NCBI GenBank assembly: GCA_026647365.1
Contig: JAPKGW010000001.1
Span: forward strand, 66,340 to 130,339
Source of the DNA: Phycisphaerales bacterium
GTDB lineage: Bacteria > Planctomycetota > Phycisphaerae > Phycisphaerales > UBA5793
Length of the DNA: 64,000 nucleotides
Reading direction: 5' to 3'
In this document: positions 48,871 to 58,191 of the stretch, one piece after another
How the letters are laid out: each line of letters starts with the position of its first letter
How positions within the stretch are numbered: position 1 is the stretch's first letter
Program-made: the position numbers and the translations under genes
The notes under the pieces: generated by a model
The model's input: the letters and a program-made list of their open reading frames with translations, nothing else
What the model was told of the DNA's origin: nothing
Databases searched by the model: none

Positions 48871-50325
48871 ATGACGACCGAAACTCCCTCGCAGCGCACC
48901 GCGCGCCTCGCCGCGCTCGATCATGAACACGTCTGGCATCCCTTCACGCCGATGCGCCAGTGGCGCCAGAGCGAACCGATCATCATCGACGCTGCCGAAG
49001 GCGATGAACTCATCGACACCATGGGCCGGCGGTACATCGACGGCGTCAGTTCACTCTGGTGCAACGTCCACGGTCACCGCGTACCGGAGATCGATGCCGC
49101 CATCCGCGCCCAACTCGATCGCGTGGCGCACAGCACGCTGCTCGGACTGGGCTCGACGCCATCTATTGAGTTTGCCGCGCGCCTCGTACAGGCGGCGCAA
49201 ACACTCGCGCGATCGCGCGAGTCACGCCGGCTTCCGCCTCGTCCGCCTCTCGCCAGGGTGTTCTACTCCGACTCCGGCGCGACCGCGACCGAACTGGCCA
49301 TCAAGATGGCTGTCGGCTTTCATCACCACAGCGGCCGGCCTCAGCGCACCACCATCATCGCCTTCAGAGGCGCGTACCACGGCGACACGGTCGGCGCGAT
49401 GAGCGTCGGCTATTGCGAGACCTTCCATCGGCCGTTCGAATCGCTCACTTTCCGCACGGTCTTCAGCCCCGCCCCCGATGTGACCAGCGCGCCCGAAGCG
49501 CAGGACATCGACTGGCCCTGGCATGATGAGGCGTTGCGCCGCGTCGTGCGCGACCGCTGCCTGGCGCAGTTCGACGAGGCGCTCGATGCGCATGACGACA
49601 CCGTCGCAGCGGTGATGATTGAGCCGTTGGTCCAGGGAGCGGCTGGCATGGTGACACACCCGGAAGGTTTTCTCAGCGGTGTCGCGCAACTCTGTGCAGC
49701 GCGAGGCGTACCGCTCATCGCCGACGAGGTCGCCGTCGGTTTCTGCCGCACCGGGACGCTCTTTGCCTGTGAGCAGGAAGGAGTGGTGCCGGACATCCTC
49801 TGCCTCGCCAAGGGCATCAGCGGCGGCTACCTGCCCCTGGCGGCGACGCTCTGCACGGACCGGATCGAACAGGCCTTCGAGGGCGAGCCCTGGGAGCACA
49901 AGACGCTCTACCACGGACACACCTACACCGGCAACGCGCTCGCCTGCGCCGCGGCCCTGACCAATCTCGATCTCATTGAACGGCGCGGCACCTGCGCCGC
50001 CGTGCAGCGCAACGCGGCGATCATGGCTGAGGCGCTGGGCGAGCTGCGCGATCATCCACACGTGGGCGATGTACGGCAGCGCGGGGTAATGGCAGGGATC
50101 GATCTCGTCGCCTCACGCCGGCCGCGGCGGGCGTTTGACGTGAAACCGCGTCTCGGTCACGCCGTTTGCGCCGCGGCCCGGCCTCGCGGCCTGATCATCC
50201 GCCCTCTCGGCGATACGGTCATTCTCAACCCGATCCCGGCGATGCGGGCCGATACACTTGAGCGGATGATGCGGATCGTCATCGGGACGATCCGATCGTT
50301 CGACTTCGAGGCCGCGCGTTGCTGA
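48871..50325 (+). CDS. bioA: adenosylmethionine-8-amino-7-oxononanoate aminotransferase
   Basis: 484 aa. Motifs seen: HVWHPFT, IDGVSSLWCNVHGH, FYSDSGATATELAIKMA, LIADEVAVGFCRTG, LCLAKGISGGYLPL. A basic ~15-aa insertion (ARSRESRRLPPRPPL) lies before the FYSDSG block. Confidence 0.88.
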   Translation: MTTETPSQRTARLAALDHEHVWHPFTPMRQWRQSEPIIIDAAEGDELIDTMGRRYIDGVSSLWCNVHGHRVPEIDAAIRAQLDRVAHSTLLGLGSTPSIEFAARLVQAAQTLARSRESRRLPPRPPLARVFYSDSGATATELAIKMAVGFHHHSGRPQRTTIIAFRGAYHGDTVGAMSVGYCETFHRPFESLTFRTVFSPAPDVTSAPEAQDIDWPWHDEALRRVVRDRCLAQFDEALDAHDDTVAAVMIEPLVQGAAGMVTHPEGFLSGVAQLCAARGVPLIADEVAVGFCRTGTLFACEQEGVVPDILCLAKGISGGYLPLAATLCTDRIEQAFEGEPWEHKTLYHGHTYTGNALACAAALTNLDLIERRGTCAAVQRNAAIMAEALGELRDHPHVGDVRQRGVMAGIDLVASRRPRRAFDVKPRLGHAVCAAARPRGLIIRPLGDTVILNPIPAMRADTLERMMRIVIGTIRSFDFEAARC

Positions 50326-50352
50326 GGGCGGTCGCGGCCGCCGGGAGCGCCC

Positions 50353-51426
50353 ATGCTTGCCGCGCTCATGATCGACGAAGCCATCGCCCGGACCGAGCGG
50401 GACTGGTTTGCGCGCACGGTGGTCGGACTTCTGTCGGCCGGCCTGCGCGTGGTGAGGCTGATGCCCGAATCGCAGCCGGATGATCCGCGCATCGCCCTGA
50501 CGCCGCTGATTCCGTATCGGCCGTCGGGACTGCCATGGTCGGTGAAGTCGTCGATCCGCGAGGCGCGAGAGGCGCTGGCGCCGCACGCGCCGGACGTGGT
50601 GCACGCGATCGGCGCGGGATCGTGGCGCACGGCACTGGCGCTGGCGAAGGAGATGCAGTGCCCGGCGGCACTGTCGGTCTGGTCGCGGGAAGAAGCGCGG
50701 GCCGTGCCCAGGCCCGCCGCCGTGGCGCAACTCGGGGCGGTCCTTCCCGCATGCGAGGCGCTGGCGCAAGAATGCGGCCGGTCGGTGCCTCGCGAGATGG
50801 TCCAGGTCGTGCCCATCGGCGTCTACGTCCCGCCCGAGCCGCACCAGATTCTTGCGCAGATCGAGTTCAGCGTAGCCGTCGTGCTCGCGGGCCGGGGTGC
50901 GCCCGCGGCCGCGATCGAGAGCGTGATCGACGGCCTGGCAATGGTGGCGCCGGACTTCCGGCAGGTGACGATCTTCGCAGACCTCGACGAATCCGTCCGC
51001 GCCCGCGCCTGGCGCCGGGCGGGCGAGCGATCCGTGCGGGCGCAGTTCAGCCTCACGCCGGACGTGCTCGAGCACCGCGATCTGGTGCTGTCCGCGAGCG
51101 TGCTGCTGGCGCCCGCGGCGACGGGGCGGTGCAACAGTTTCCTGATCCAGGCGATGGCGATGCCGATGGCCACCATCGCCGTGCGCGACCTCTACAACGA
51201 CGTACTCAACACCGACGAGGCGGCGACGATCATCGAACGCGCCGAAGCGGCCGCGTGGGCCACCGCTCTGCGCCGTATTCTCTCCGATCCTCAAGGGGCG
51301 CGCACCCGAGCCGAGGCCGCCCGCCGGCTCATCGCCGCCCGCCACTCCATGTCAACCCAAAGCGAGCTGCTCGCCTCCACCTACGAGCGCATGCTCACTG
51401 GCGGAAACGTCGCGATTGCCACCTGA
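50353..51426 (+). CDS. glycosyltransferase-like (GT-B / group 1-like) protein, divergent
   Basis: 357 aa. The overall two-Rossmann layout, and the C-terminal LLAPAATGRCNSFLIQAMAMPMATIAV, resemble the GT4 acceptor/donor region, but the usual EX7E acidic residues are not evident. Confidence 0.5.
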   Translation: MLAALMIDEAIARTERDWFARTVVGLLSAGLRVVRLMPESQPDDPRIALTPLIPYRPSGLPWSVKSSIREAREALAPHAPDVVHAIGAGSWRTALALAKEMQCPAALSVWSREEARAVPRPAAVAQLGAVLPACEALAQECGRSVPREMVQVVPIGVYVPPEPHQILAQIEFSVAVVLAGRGAPAAAIESVIDGLAMVAPDFRQVTIFADLDESVRARAWRRAGERSVRAQFSLTPDVLEHRDLVLSASVLLAPAATGRCNSFLIQAMAMPMATIAVRDLYNDVLNTDEAATIIERAEAAAWATALRRILSDPQGARTRAEAARRLIAARHSMSTQSELLASTYERMLTGGNVAIAT

Positions 51427-51718
51427 GCCGCCCTGGTCAGAATCCGGGGGCGCCTCAGGTTCGAGGCGTGCCCCCCCCAGCGGGCCAGAACATGGCCGGA
51501 GGGGGGGATTTCCTGCTCCGTTACCGCACAAGGAAGCGCCGGGATGCGTAAGGATCATGCCGCAAGTCGGCTCCGACGCCCGGCCAACGAGTTTTTTTGC
51601 GATCTAACATGCTGAAAATGAAAGAGTTACGTCTGGCGTACCGGGAAATGTACGCATTTTGTTGCTGAATATGCTCAAGTCTGTCCGATTTCTGAAGTGA
51701 TCATCTTTCTCCCCTCCG

Positions 51719-51756
51719 CCCCGTTGCCGCCTCTGGTGGCAACGGGGTTTTCCTTT
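51719..51756 (+). terminator. rho-independent terminator with no annotated gene upstream
   Basis: A 10-bp stem, CCCCGTTGCC / GGCAACGGGG, with a 9-nt loop GCCTCTGGT is followed by TTTTCCTTT. It lies 293 nt after the nearest + strand CDS stop and directly after an AT-rich island. Confidence 0.8.
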
Positions 51757-52012
51757 GGCCGGCCCGTTGCCGGGCTTGTGCCGGGCCGACGTCCAACGCC
51801 TGAGGTGATCGCGGCAACCAGGGTCAGGCGAACCTCAGAGACTGTTTGAGAACTGCGCGTGCCGTGGTCAAGCGACGCTTCGGGAGCGCGGGCCACGCCG
51901 GCGCGCGATCGACGACCGAGCCGGCGTGATCGACCGTCCGCGTCACGACGTGGTCCTCCGGTCGCGGAGCCTCCCTCCGGACCGCGGCACCCGACGGCTT
52001 TCAGGCAGGTTC

Positions 52013-53020
52013 TCAGGTGCGAATCAGTTGCAGGAGTTTGCGCGGCGACTCGCTCTGGAGCGTGCAGACGCTCAGTCGCACCGCCTCGCAGACGGCCGCG
52101 GTCGATGCGAGGGGGTAAGGCTCGCGCTGGCGGCGCCGAGGGTCGAGGATCGCATCGATCTCCTCGGCGAGGAGGCGGGCAGGCGCGGACGCGGCCGTCG
52201 CGTCAAAGGAGGATCGCTCGAGCACCTTTCCCCCGAGGTCCACGAGTTCGAGGTCGTGGTCGGTCATGCGGGCGCAGCCTTTCTCGGCAAGGACAGTCAC
52301 GCCCCGCGCCCAGGTTCCGCCGCAGTCGCTGACATGGATGCTGGCACAGCAATTCTGTGCGAAGCGGGCGTTGACAGTGATGTGGCCGTGCAGGTCGCGC
52401 GGCGACTCGGGGGCGGTGGAAGCCGGTCCGCTCATGGCGGCGTCGAGCAACTCGATCGGGCCGCACAGGCGTTCGACCGTGTCCGCCGCGTCGGTAAGGC
52501 GGGCGTGCAGCGAGCCGCGCGACGCGCGGCATCGCATCATCACGTTGACGGACCGAACTGCGCCGAGGCTCTCGCGACAGTCTTCAAAGAGGCGCATCGG
52601 GGCGCTGTGCCGCATCGCCGGCACAAGCCAGACGGGCGACCTGACCGGATCGGCGCCGCCGTCGGAGATGCCCTCGGCGATCGGCTCGAGCGTCAGCGTC
52701 GCCGCGGCACGGTCGAGAATCGCCTTGCGCTCCTCGCGCACGACGCCGCCGAGCGTGAGCAGCAGCAGGACGTCGTGCGGCACGTCGAAGACGGCACGAC
52801 GCAGGTCGTCGGTCTTCTCCGCGCCGAGGCGGGCCGAAAGTTCCGCGGCTGCCGGCGACGGCGCGCCGGCGCACACGATCTCAATCCCGGCGAGGGCGCG
52901 CACCTCCTCGACGAGGTCGGCCTGATCCGGTTCGCACCAGACGATGGCCCGCCGGCCCGTGCCGCCGCCGGCGCCCGCGATCGAGTGCGATTCGGCATCG
53001 AGCATCACATCCGCCGTCAT
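52013..53020 (-). CDS. hypothetical protein (335 aa), possibly a degenerate Rossmann-fold oxidoreductase-like protein
   Basis: The track ORF extends to 53380 across rnpB. I start at ATG 53020 (MTADVMLDAES). The composition is protein-like and I recognise no diagnostic motif. Confidence 0.55.
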   Translation of the reverse strand: MTADVMLDAESHSIAGAGGGTGRRAIVWCEPDQADLVEEVRALAGIEIVCAGAPSPAAAELSARLGAEKTDDLRRAVFDVPHDVLLLLTLGGVVREERKAILDRAAATLTLEPIAEGISDGGADPVRSPVWLVPAMRHSAPMRLFEDCRESLGAVRSVNVMMRCRASRGSLHARLTDAADTVERLCGPIELLDAAMSGPASTAPESPRDLHGHITVNARFAQNCCASIHVSDCGGTWARGVTVLAEKGCARMTDHDLELVDLGGKVLERSSFDATAASAPARLLAEEIDAILDPRRRQREPYPLASTAAVCEAVRLSVCTLQSESPRKLLQLIRT

Positions 53021-53169
53021 GCCGACAGTGTATCGGCGCCGCACACTCCCTGCGCGGCTTGCAGGCGCAGAGGCAGGCGGCCAGGGACTTGCCCGGCGAT
53101 GAGACGACGCCGTCCTCGGCTGGTCCTCTGCCTGAGTTCCTCGATGGCCTCCCGCCCTATCATCCAGCG

Positions 53170-53615
53170 CCGCTGCGGATGCGGCGATCGCTCCGGGTTC
53201 ATCCCGGGGAGGAAAGTCCGAGCACGGCAGGACACGGTGGTGGGCAACACCCACCGGCCCGAACAGGGCGCTTCGGCGCCACGGTCGCGGGCCAGGGACA
53301 GTGCCACAGAAAACACACCGCCGATGGCCGGGCCTCGCGCCCGGCACAGGCAAGGGTGAAATGGTGCGGTAAGAGCGCACCGCCCGGTCGGCGACGATCG
53401 GGGCAGGGCAAACCCCACCGCGTGCAAGATCACGCAGTTCCCGGCTGGTCCGGCCAATGGGAACGGGTAGATCGCTGCATGGCGCCGCTTCGGCGACGCC
53501 ACGCCCCGTCGCGGCAACGCGCCGGGAAGAGAAATGATCGCCCCGCGCCCGACGCAGCCCCCGTCAAGGAGTTCGCGGGCGCGGAACAGAACTCGGCTTA
53601 CGATCCGCAGCCGAC
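53170..53615 (+). ncRNA. rnpB: RNase P RNA, bacterial type A
   Basis: Universal blocks are present: GGAGGAAAGTCCGAGC, CACAGAAAACA..CCGCCGATGGCC, AGGGTGAAATGGTGCGGTAAGAGCGCACC, AAACCCCACC..GTGCAAG, GGGTAG, ACAGAACTCGGCTTA. P1 pairs GCTGCGGAT (53172..53180) with ATCCGCAGC (53603..53611). A TATCAT -10 box at 53158..53163 fits a 5' end near 53170. The ends are accurate to within a few nt. Confidence 0.95.
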
Positions 53616-53762
53616 CGCCATGACACACGCCGGCAACCAACGCCGCGCGTGTCGTGGCGCGCTGAATGCGAAGGTCTCAGAGCAGCAGAGGCATCGCGGG
53701 AGAGAACCCGCGAATCGTGCCGAGCGTCCGAGACCGCTTGCGCCTCCGCGTTCGATCGCCGT

Positions 53763-55079
53763 TCACGCCCCCGTCTCGATGCGCGGGCGGAACTCGCCGA
53801 GCATCTCCGGCACCGTTCCGTCATTGGCGAGATGGAACTGGAGCATCGCCAGCGCCGTGATCGCGGCGCGGCGGCGGACCATCTCGCGGTCGCCGACGAA
53901 AACAAAGTGCCGCACGTGCGAACTCGGCTCACCGTCTTCGTCGATGAAGGCGAGGGCGATGAAGACGGTGCCGACGGGCTTGGCCGCACTGCCTCCCTCC
54001 GGCCCGGCGACGCCGGTGATCGCCAGCGCGTACCGGGCCCCGCTCTGCGCCAGCGCGCCGATCGCCATCTGGTCCGCCGTCAGTCCCGACACCGCGCCGT
54101 GCTGAGCGATCGTCTCCGGCGAGACATCGAGGAACTCGGCCTTGAATGCATTGCTGTACGTGACCCAGCCGCCGAGGTAGACCGCGCTGGCGCCGGGCAC
54201 GTCCGTGATCATCGAGCCGACAAGCCCGCCCGTGCACGACTCGGCCGTGACGAGCGTCGCGCCCTGCGCTGCGAGGCGGCGCACGATCACCGAAGCCAGA
54301 GTGTCTTCATCGCGGCCGAAGGCATAGACGCCCAGGCGCTCCTCGACCGTGCGCGCCGTCGTGACGAAGAGGTCCTCGATCTCCGGTGCCGCGCCGGCCG
54401 CGCGCACGCGGACGCTGACGATGTAGTCGCTCACGAGAGTTCCGACGACGACAGGCCCGCCGCGCTGCATGAGGTCTTCGATGATCTCGCCGACCTTGCT
54501 CTCGGCAAGGCTCACGGTGTGAATCCACGCGGTGAGGCAGCGGTCCGATCCGTTCACAAGTTCTCGCACGGCCGGCGCGACGTGATCGGCCCACATGCGC
54601 TTCATCTCGCCGGGCACGCCGGGCATGACATAGATGGGTGTCCCTTCGGCGCGGGCGGCCAGCCCCGGCGCCGTGCCGACCGGGTTGCCGAGCATCGCGG
54701 CCGAGCGCGGCCGGCGAACCTGCTGGAGATTGCGCCGCGGCATCTCCAAGCCGCGCTTCTCAAAGCGGCCGCGAAGCAGACCCAGCGCCGCTTCGTCGGT
54801 CACCAGTTCCTCGCCCAGCGCATCCGCCAGCGCTTCGCGCGTGAGGTCATCCTCGGTCGGCCCGAGTCCGCCGGTGATGAGCAGCACGCTGACGCGAGGC
54901 GCCGATTCGCGGATCGACGCGGCGATCGCGGCGCGGTCGTCGGGCAGCGCAAGGTGGAAGGCCGTCTCGACGCCGAGTTCGAGCAGGCGCTGCGAGAGCC
55001 ACGTGCTGTTCGTGTCCACCCGGTCGCCGCTGGTGAGTTCATCGCCGACCGTGAGGATCCCCGCTGTGATCCGGCTCAT
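53763..55079 (-). CDS. cinA: CinA-family protein (MoCF-like domain plus nicotinamide-nucleotide amidase PncC domain)
   Basis: I start at ATG 55079 (MSRITAGILTVGDELTSG), giving 438 aa. Motifs seen: LLITGGLGPTEDDLT, MPGVPGEM, TAESCTGGL, ITGVAGPEGG. Confidence 0.9.
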   Translation of the reverse strand: MSRITAGILTVGDELTSGDRVDTNSTWLSQRLLELGVETAFHLALPDDRAAIAASIRESAPRVSVLLITGGLGPTEDDLTREALADALGEELVTDEAALGLLRGRFEKRGLEMPRRNLQQVRRPRSAAMLGNPVGTAPGLAARAEGTPIYVMPGVPGEMKRMWADHVAPAVRELVNGSDRCLTAWIHTVSLAESKVGEIIEDLMQRGGPVVVGTLVSDYIVSVRVRAAGAAPEIEDLFVTTARTVEERLGVYAFGRDEDTLASVIVRRLAAQGATLVTAESCTGGLVGSMITDVPGASAVYLGGWVTYSNAFKAEFLDVSPETIAQHGAVSGLTADQMAIGALAQSGARYALAITGVAGPEGGSAAKPVGTVFIALAFIDEDGEPSSHVRHFVFVGDREMVRRRAAITALAMLQFHLANDGTVPEMLGEFRPRIETGA

Positions 55080-55144
55080 GGGGTGATGGTATGAGGGCGG
55101 AGGCACGAGCATCGCCCTGAGAGTCGCCGGACGCGAGGGCGGCG

Positions 55145-56632
55145 CTATCGCACGTGCCGCTTTCGATACCCCGTGCTCGGATCGCCGACGTGGTGGACGG
55201 CGAGCGAGTTTGTCGAGCCGACGCGGCCGATCGGGTGGCCCGCGAGGATTACCACCGGCTCCCCGCGCTCCACCCAGCCGCGCGCCAGCAGCAACTCGTC
55301 CACCAGGCCCGTGAACTCGTCGAGATCGGGCGGCATGTCGATCTCGACGGGCGTGACGCCGTGCAGCACCGTCAGGCGCCGCAGCGTCGAGCGGTCCTCT
55401 GAGCCGATCACGATCGGGATGCGGAAGTTGTTCTGACTGAGGTGCAGTGCGGTCAGGCCAGATTCGGTTGGCGCCACGATCACCTTTGCTCTCACGTCCT
55501 GCGCGATCATCCACGCGCCGTGGGCGATTGCAGCGGTCCAGTGCCCCTTGCGGCGCTCGGTGGTCAGCGGCGGCGGCTGATGCGGCGTGCTGCGGATGTA
55601 CTCCTCCGTCGCGGCGGCGATGCGGCTCATCGTGTCCACCGCAAGCACGGGCCACGCCCCCACTGCCGTCTCGCCAGAGAGCATCACCGCATCCGCTCCG
55701 TCGAGGATCGCGTTGGCCACGTCGCTCGCCTCGGCCCGCGTCGGCGAAGCGTTGGCGATCATCGATTCGAGCATCTGCGTCGCCACGATGCAGGGCCGGC
55801 CGCGGCGCTGGGCGGCATCGACGAGGCGCTTCTGAATCGCCGGCACCTCCGCCAGGTCCATCTCGACGCCGAGGTCGCCGCGGGCGACCATGATCACCTC
55901 CGCCTCGTCGAGGATCGCGTCGATGTTCGCCAGAGCCTCCGGCCGCTCGATCTTGGCGATGATCGGCAGCGACCGCCGTCCCGAGCCCTTCATCAACTCC
56001 AGAATCCGCCTGTGCAGGAGTTGCACATCCTGCGCCTCGCGCACGAAACTCATCGCGACGAAGTCGAGTTCATTGCGGACCGCCCACTCGAGACAGGCGT
56101 GGTCCTTCTCGGTGACGCAGGGCAGGCGCACCTGGGTGTTGGGCAGGTTGATGCCCTTGCCCGTGGTGACCAGTCCGCCCGTGGTGACGCGGCAGGTGAT
56201 CTCTTCGGGCCGGCAATCGACGACGAGCATGCGGATTGCGCCGTCGTTGATGAGCAGTTTCTGCCCCGCTTCAACGTCGCTGACGAGGCCCGGGTAGGTG
56301 CAGGAGAAGCGCGGCCCGGCAGCCACGATGGGTTCGCGCTGGAAGACGACATCCTGCCCGGCCTCGACGTTGACGCCGCCATCAATGACCTGCCCGACGC
56401 GGATTTTCGGACCCGAGAGATCGCCAAGCACGCCGAGGGGATGGCCGACCTCTTTCTCGACCTGGCGGACGGCATCGAGAACCTTCCTGTGCTCCTCAAG
56501 CGATCCATGCGAGAAGTTGAGGCGGAAGACCGAAGCGCCCGCCTCGACGAGTTTGCGGATCGTCGCGGCATCGCGGCTGGCCTTGCCGAGCGTGGCGACG
56601 ATCTTCGTGAGTGTGTGCCGGGTGCGCCACAT
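55145..56632 (-). CDS. pyk: pyruvate kinase
   Basis: 495 aa. Motifs seen: TKIVATLG, FRLNFSHG, GDLSGPKIR, IIAKIERPEAL, MVARGDLGVE, ATQMLESM, LSGETA. Confidence 0.95.
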   Translation of the reverse strand: MWRTRHTLTKIVATLGKASRDAATIRKLVEAGASVFRLNFSHGSLEEHRKVLDAVRQVEKEVGHPLGVLGDLSGPKIRVGQVIDGGVNVEAGQDVVFQREPIVAAGPRFSCTYPGLVSDVEAGQKLLINDGAIRMLVVDCRPEEITCRVTTGGLVTTGKGINLPNTQVRLPCVTEKDHACLEWAVRNELDFVAMSFVREAQDVQLLHRRILELMKGSGRRSLPIIAKIERPEALANIDAILDEAEVIMVARGDLGVEMDLAEVPAIQKRLVDAAQRRGRPCIVATQMLESMIANASPTRAEASDVANAILDGADAVMLSGETAVGAWPVLAVDTMSRIAAATEEYIRSTPHQPPPLTTERRKGHWTAAIAHGAWMIAQDVRAKVIVAPTESGLTALHLSQNNFRIPIVIGSEDRSTLRRLTVLHGVTPVEIDMPPDLDEFTGLVDELLLARGWVERGEPVVILAGHPIGRVGSTNSLAVHHVGDPSTGYRKRHVR

Positions 56633-56644
56633 GGAGTGAATCTC

Positions 56645-58171
56645 TTATCGGCCCGATCGCCCCAACTCTACGACGGCGCGATAGCGGGCTCGAAAGAACT
56701 CCGCCCACCGGATGCGGTCCCTCTGTGCCTTGAGCGGGTCAAGCCCCCTGGCCTTTCCTTCGGGCGACTGCGCGAGGCGCCAGTCGGCGCGAATCGCCGC
56801 GAGATTCTCCGTCGTCGCCAGCGACACCTCTCGCCCTTCGGTCAGCACGGCCGTCGGCATGTCGTGAAACAGCCGCAGCATCTCCGCCCGCACGGGATCG
56901 TCGGGCAACCGCCCGTTGATCGCTTTCCACGCCGACCGCAACTCCGCCTGGCTGTCGATCGCCATTGCGGCCAGAAGAGGCGCAATGAACCCGCGCACGT
57001 TGCTGTCCCAGTTCTCAAACGGTTCGGCGAGCGCAAAAGGATCAACGCGATCGACGAAGCGATCAAAGTGCTTCTCGTACATCACCCGGCGGATCGGAAG
57101 GCGGCGCAACTCAAACTGCTGCGGCCCGAGATCACCTTCCGAAGTCGTCAGCGGAAACTGCCACAACGCCTGACCATCTTCGCTCAGGCAGAACTCGATG
57201 AAACGAACGGCAAGGTCGCGGTTCGGCCCGCCGTTGAGCAGGCTGATGGGGTCGGGATCGATGTCGGAGAGGCGCGGCGGATCGACGTAGCCGAGGCGCT
57301 CGCTGCCGTCGGCGTTGCGGATGACCTGCGCTTGCGTGCGGCCGTAGAAGTCGATGCACATGCCCATCGCCGCTTCGCCCAGGCTCACGTCAATGGGGAT
57401 CTTGCTCGACGAGTCGGCGAAGTACCGGGCGTTGGCGCTCGCCTCGCGCACGATGCGCCAGCCTTCGCGCCAGCCGAGGCGCTGGAGAATCACGTCAAAG
57501 ACCGTCGCGATCGAGCCGGACTGGCCCGGATCGGCGAGCGCGACCCATCCCATGAGGCGCGGGTCGGCGAGGTCGCTCCACGTCTGCGGCTCCGGCACGC
57601 CGAGGTCGCGCAGCACATCGAGGTTGTACACCAGCCCGAAGCCGGAGAGCGCCGTGCCGAACCAGTGCAGATCTTCGTCGTAGAGCACGTTGCGGCCGAC
57701 GCGGTTCTCGCCGTACCACTCGTGAAGTTGCTCAGCGCTGAATTCGACGGGGATCGTAATGGTGGCGGAGCGCACCGTGCCGTCGGACAGCGTGCAGGTC
57801 ACGGCCCGCTTGACCTGCGCGTGCTCATAACTGCCGCCGCCGAAGAGCAGATCATAACTCATGGACCCGGGTGCGATCGGTCCGCGCTTGATCGCGGCCT
57901 CGTACTCAGCGAAGAGTTGGCGCCGGATCTCGGCCGTGCCGCCGGGGGTGCGCCAGTCGATGACCACGCCGCGCCCCTCGAAGGTGGCGCGGTGCCAGCG
58001 GTCGAAGGCGAGGCCGAACTCCGTGCGAATCTGCTCGTTGTGCGGAGTAATGATGACCAGGCGCAGCGAGGCGCCATCCACCGGCCCGCCCCGCGGCCGG
58101 AACGCAAAGGGCACGCCCAGCACGACCAGCAGCGCGGGAAGGAAACTCCACTTGAGCCAGTCAGTGTGCAT
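56645..58171 (-). CDS. extracellular solute-binding protein (ABC-type, PBP2 iron/polyamine-like), orphan
   Basis: 508 aa with an N-terminal anchor or signal WSFLPALLVVLGVPFAF. The layout is a PBP type 2 fold (VIITPHNEQIR, GGSYEH). No permease or ATPase genes are adjacent. Confidence 0.7.
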   Translation of the reverse strand: MHTDWLKWSFLPALLVVLGVPFAFRPRGGPVDGASLRLVIITPHNEQIRTEFGLAFDRWHRATFEGRGVVIDWRTPGGTAEIRRQLFAEYEAAIKRGPIAPGSMSYDLLFGGGSYEHAQVKRAVTCTLSDGTVRSATITIPVEFSAEQLHEWYGENRVGRNVLYDEDLHWFGTALSGFGLVYNLDVLRDLGVPEPQTWSDLADPRLMGWVALADPGQSGSIATVFDVILQRLGWREGWRIVREASANARYFADSSSKIPIDVSLGEAAMGMCIDFYGRTQAQVIRNADGSERLGYVDPPRLSDIDPDPISLLNGGPNRDLAVRFIEFCLSEDGQALWQFPLTTSEGDLGPQQFELRRLPIRRVMYEKHFDRFVDRVDPFALAEPFENWDSNVRGFIAPLLAAMAIDSQAELRSAWKAINGRLPDDPVRAEMLRLFHDMPTAVLTEGREVSLATTENLAAIRADWRLAQSPEGKARGLDPLKAQRDRIRWAEFFRARYRAVVELGRSGR

Positions 58172-58191
58172 GACGTCCCTTTGAACCCCGC

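Noticed and set aside
51781-51850. SRP (4.5S) RNA suggested by CCAGGGTCAGG
   Set aside because: It lacks the conserved GGAAG..AGCAG helix-8 motifs. Only a simple 7-bp CTGAGGT/ACCTCAG stem is present.
53017-54105. ORFs 53017..53640(-) and 53059..54105(+)
   Set aside because: They overlap the RNase P RNA gene, and the conserved rnpB blocks explain the sequence.
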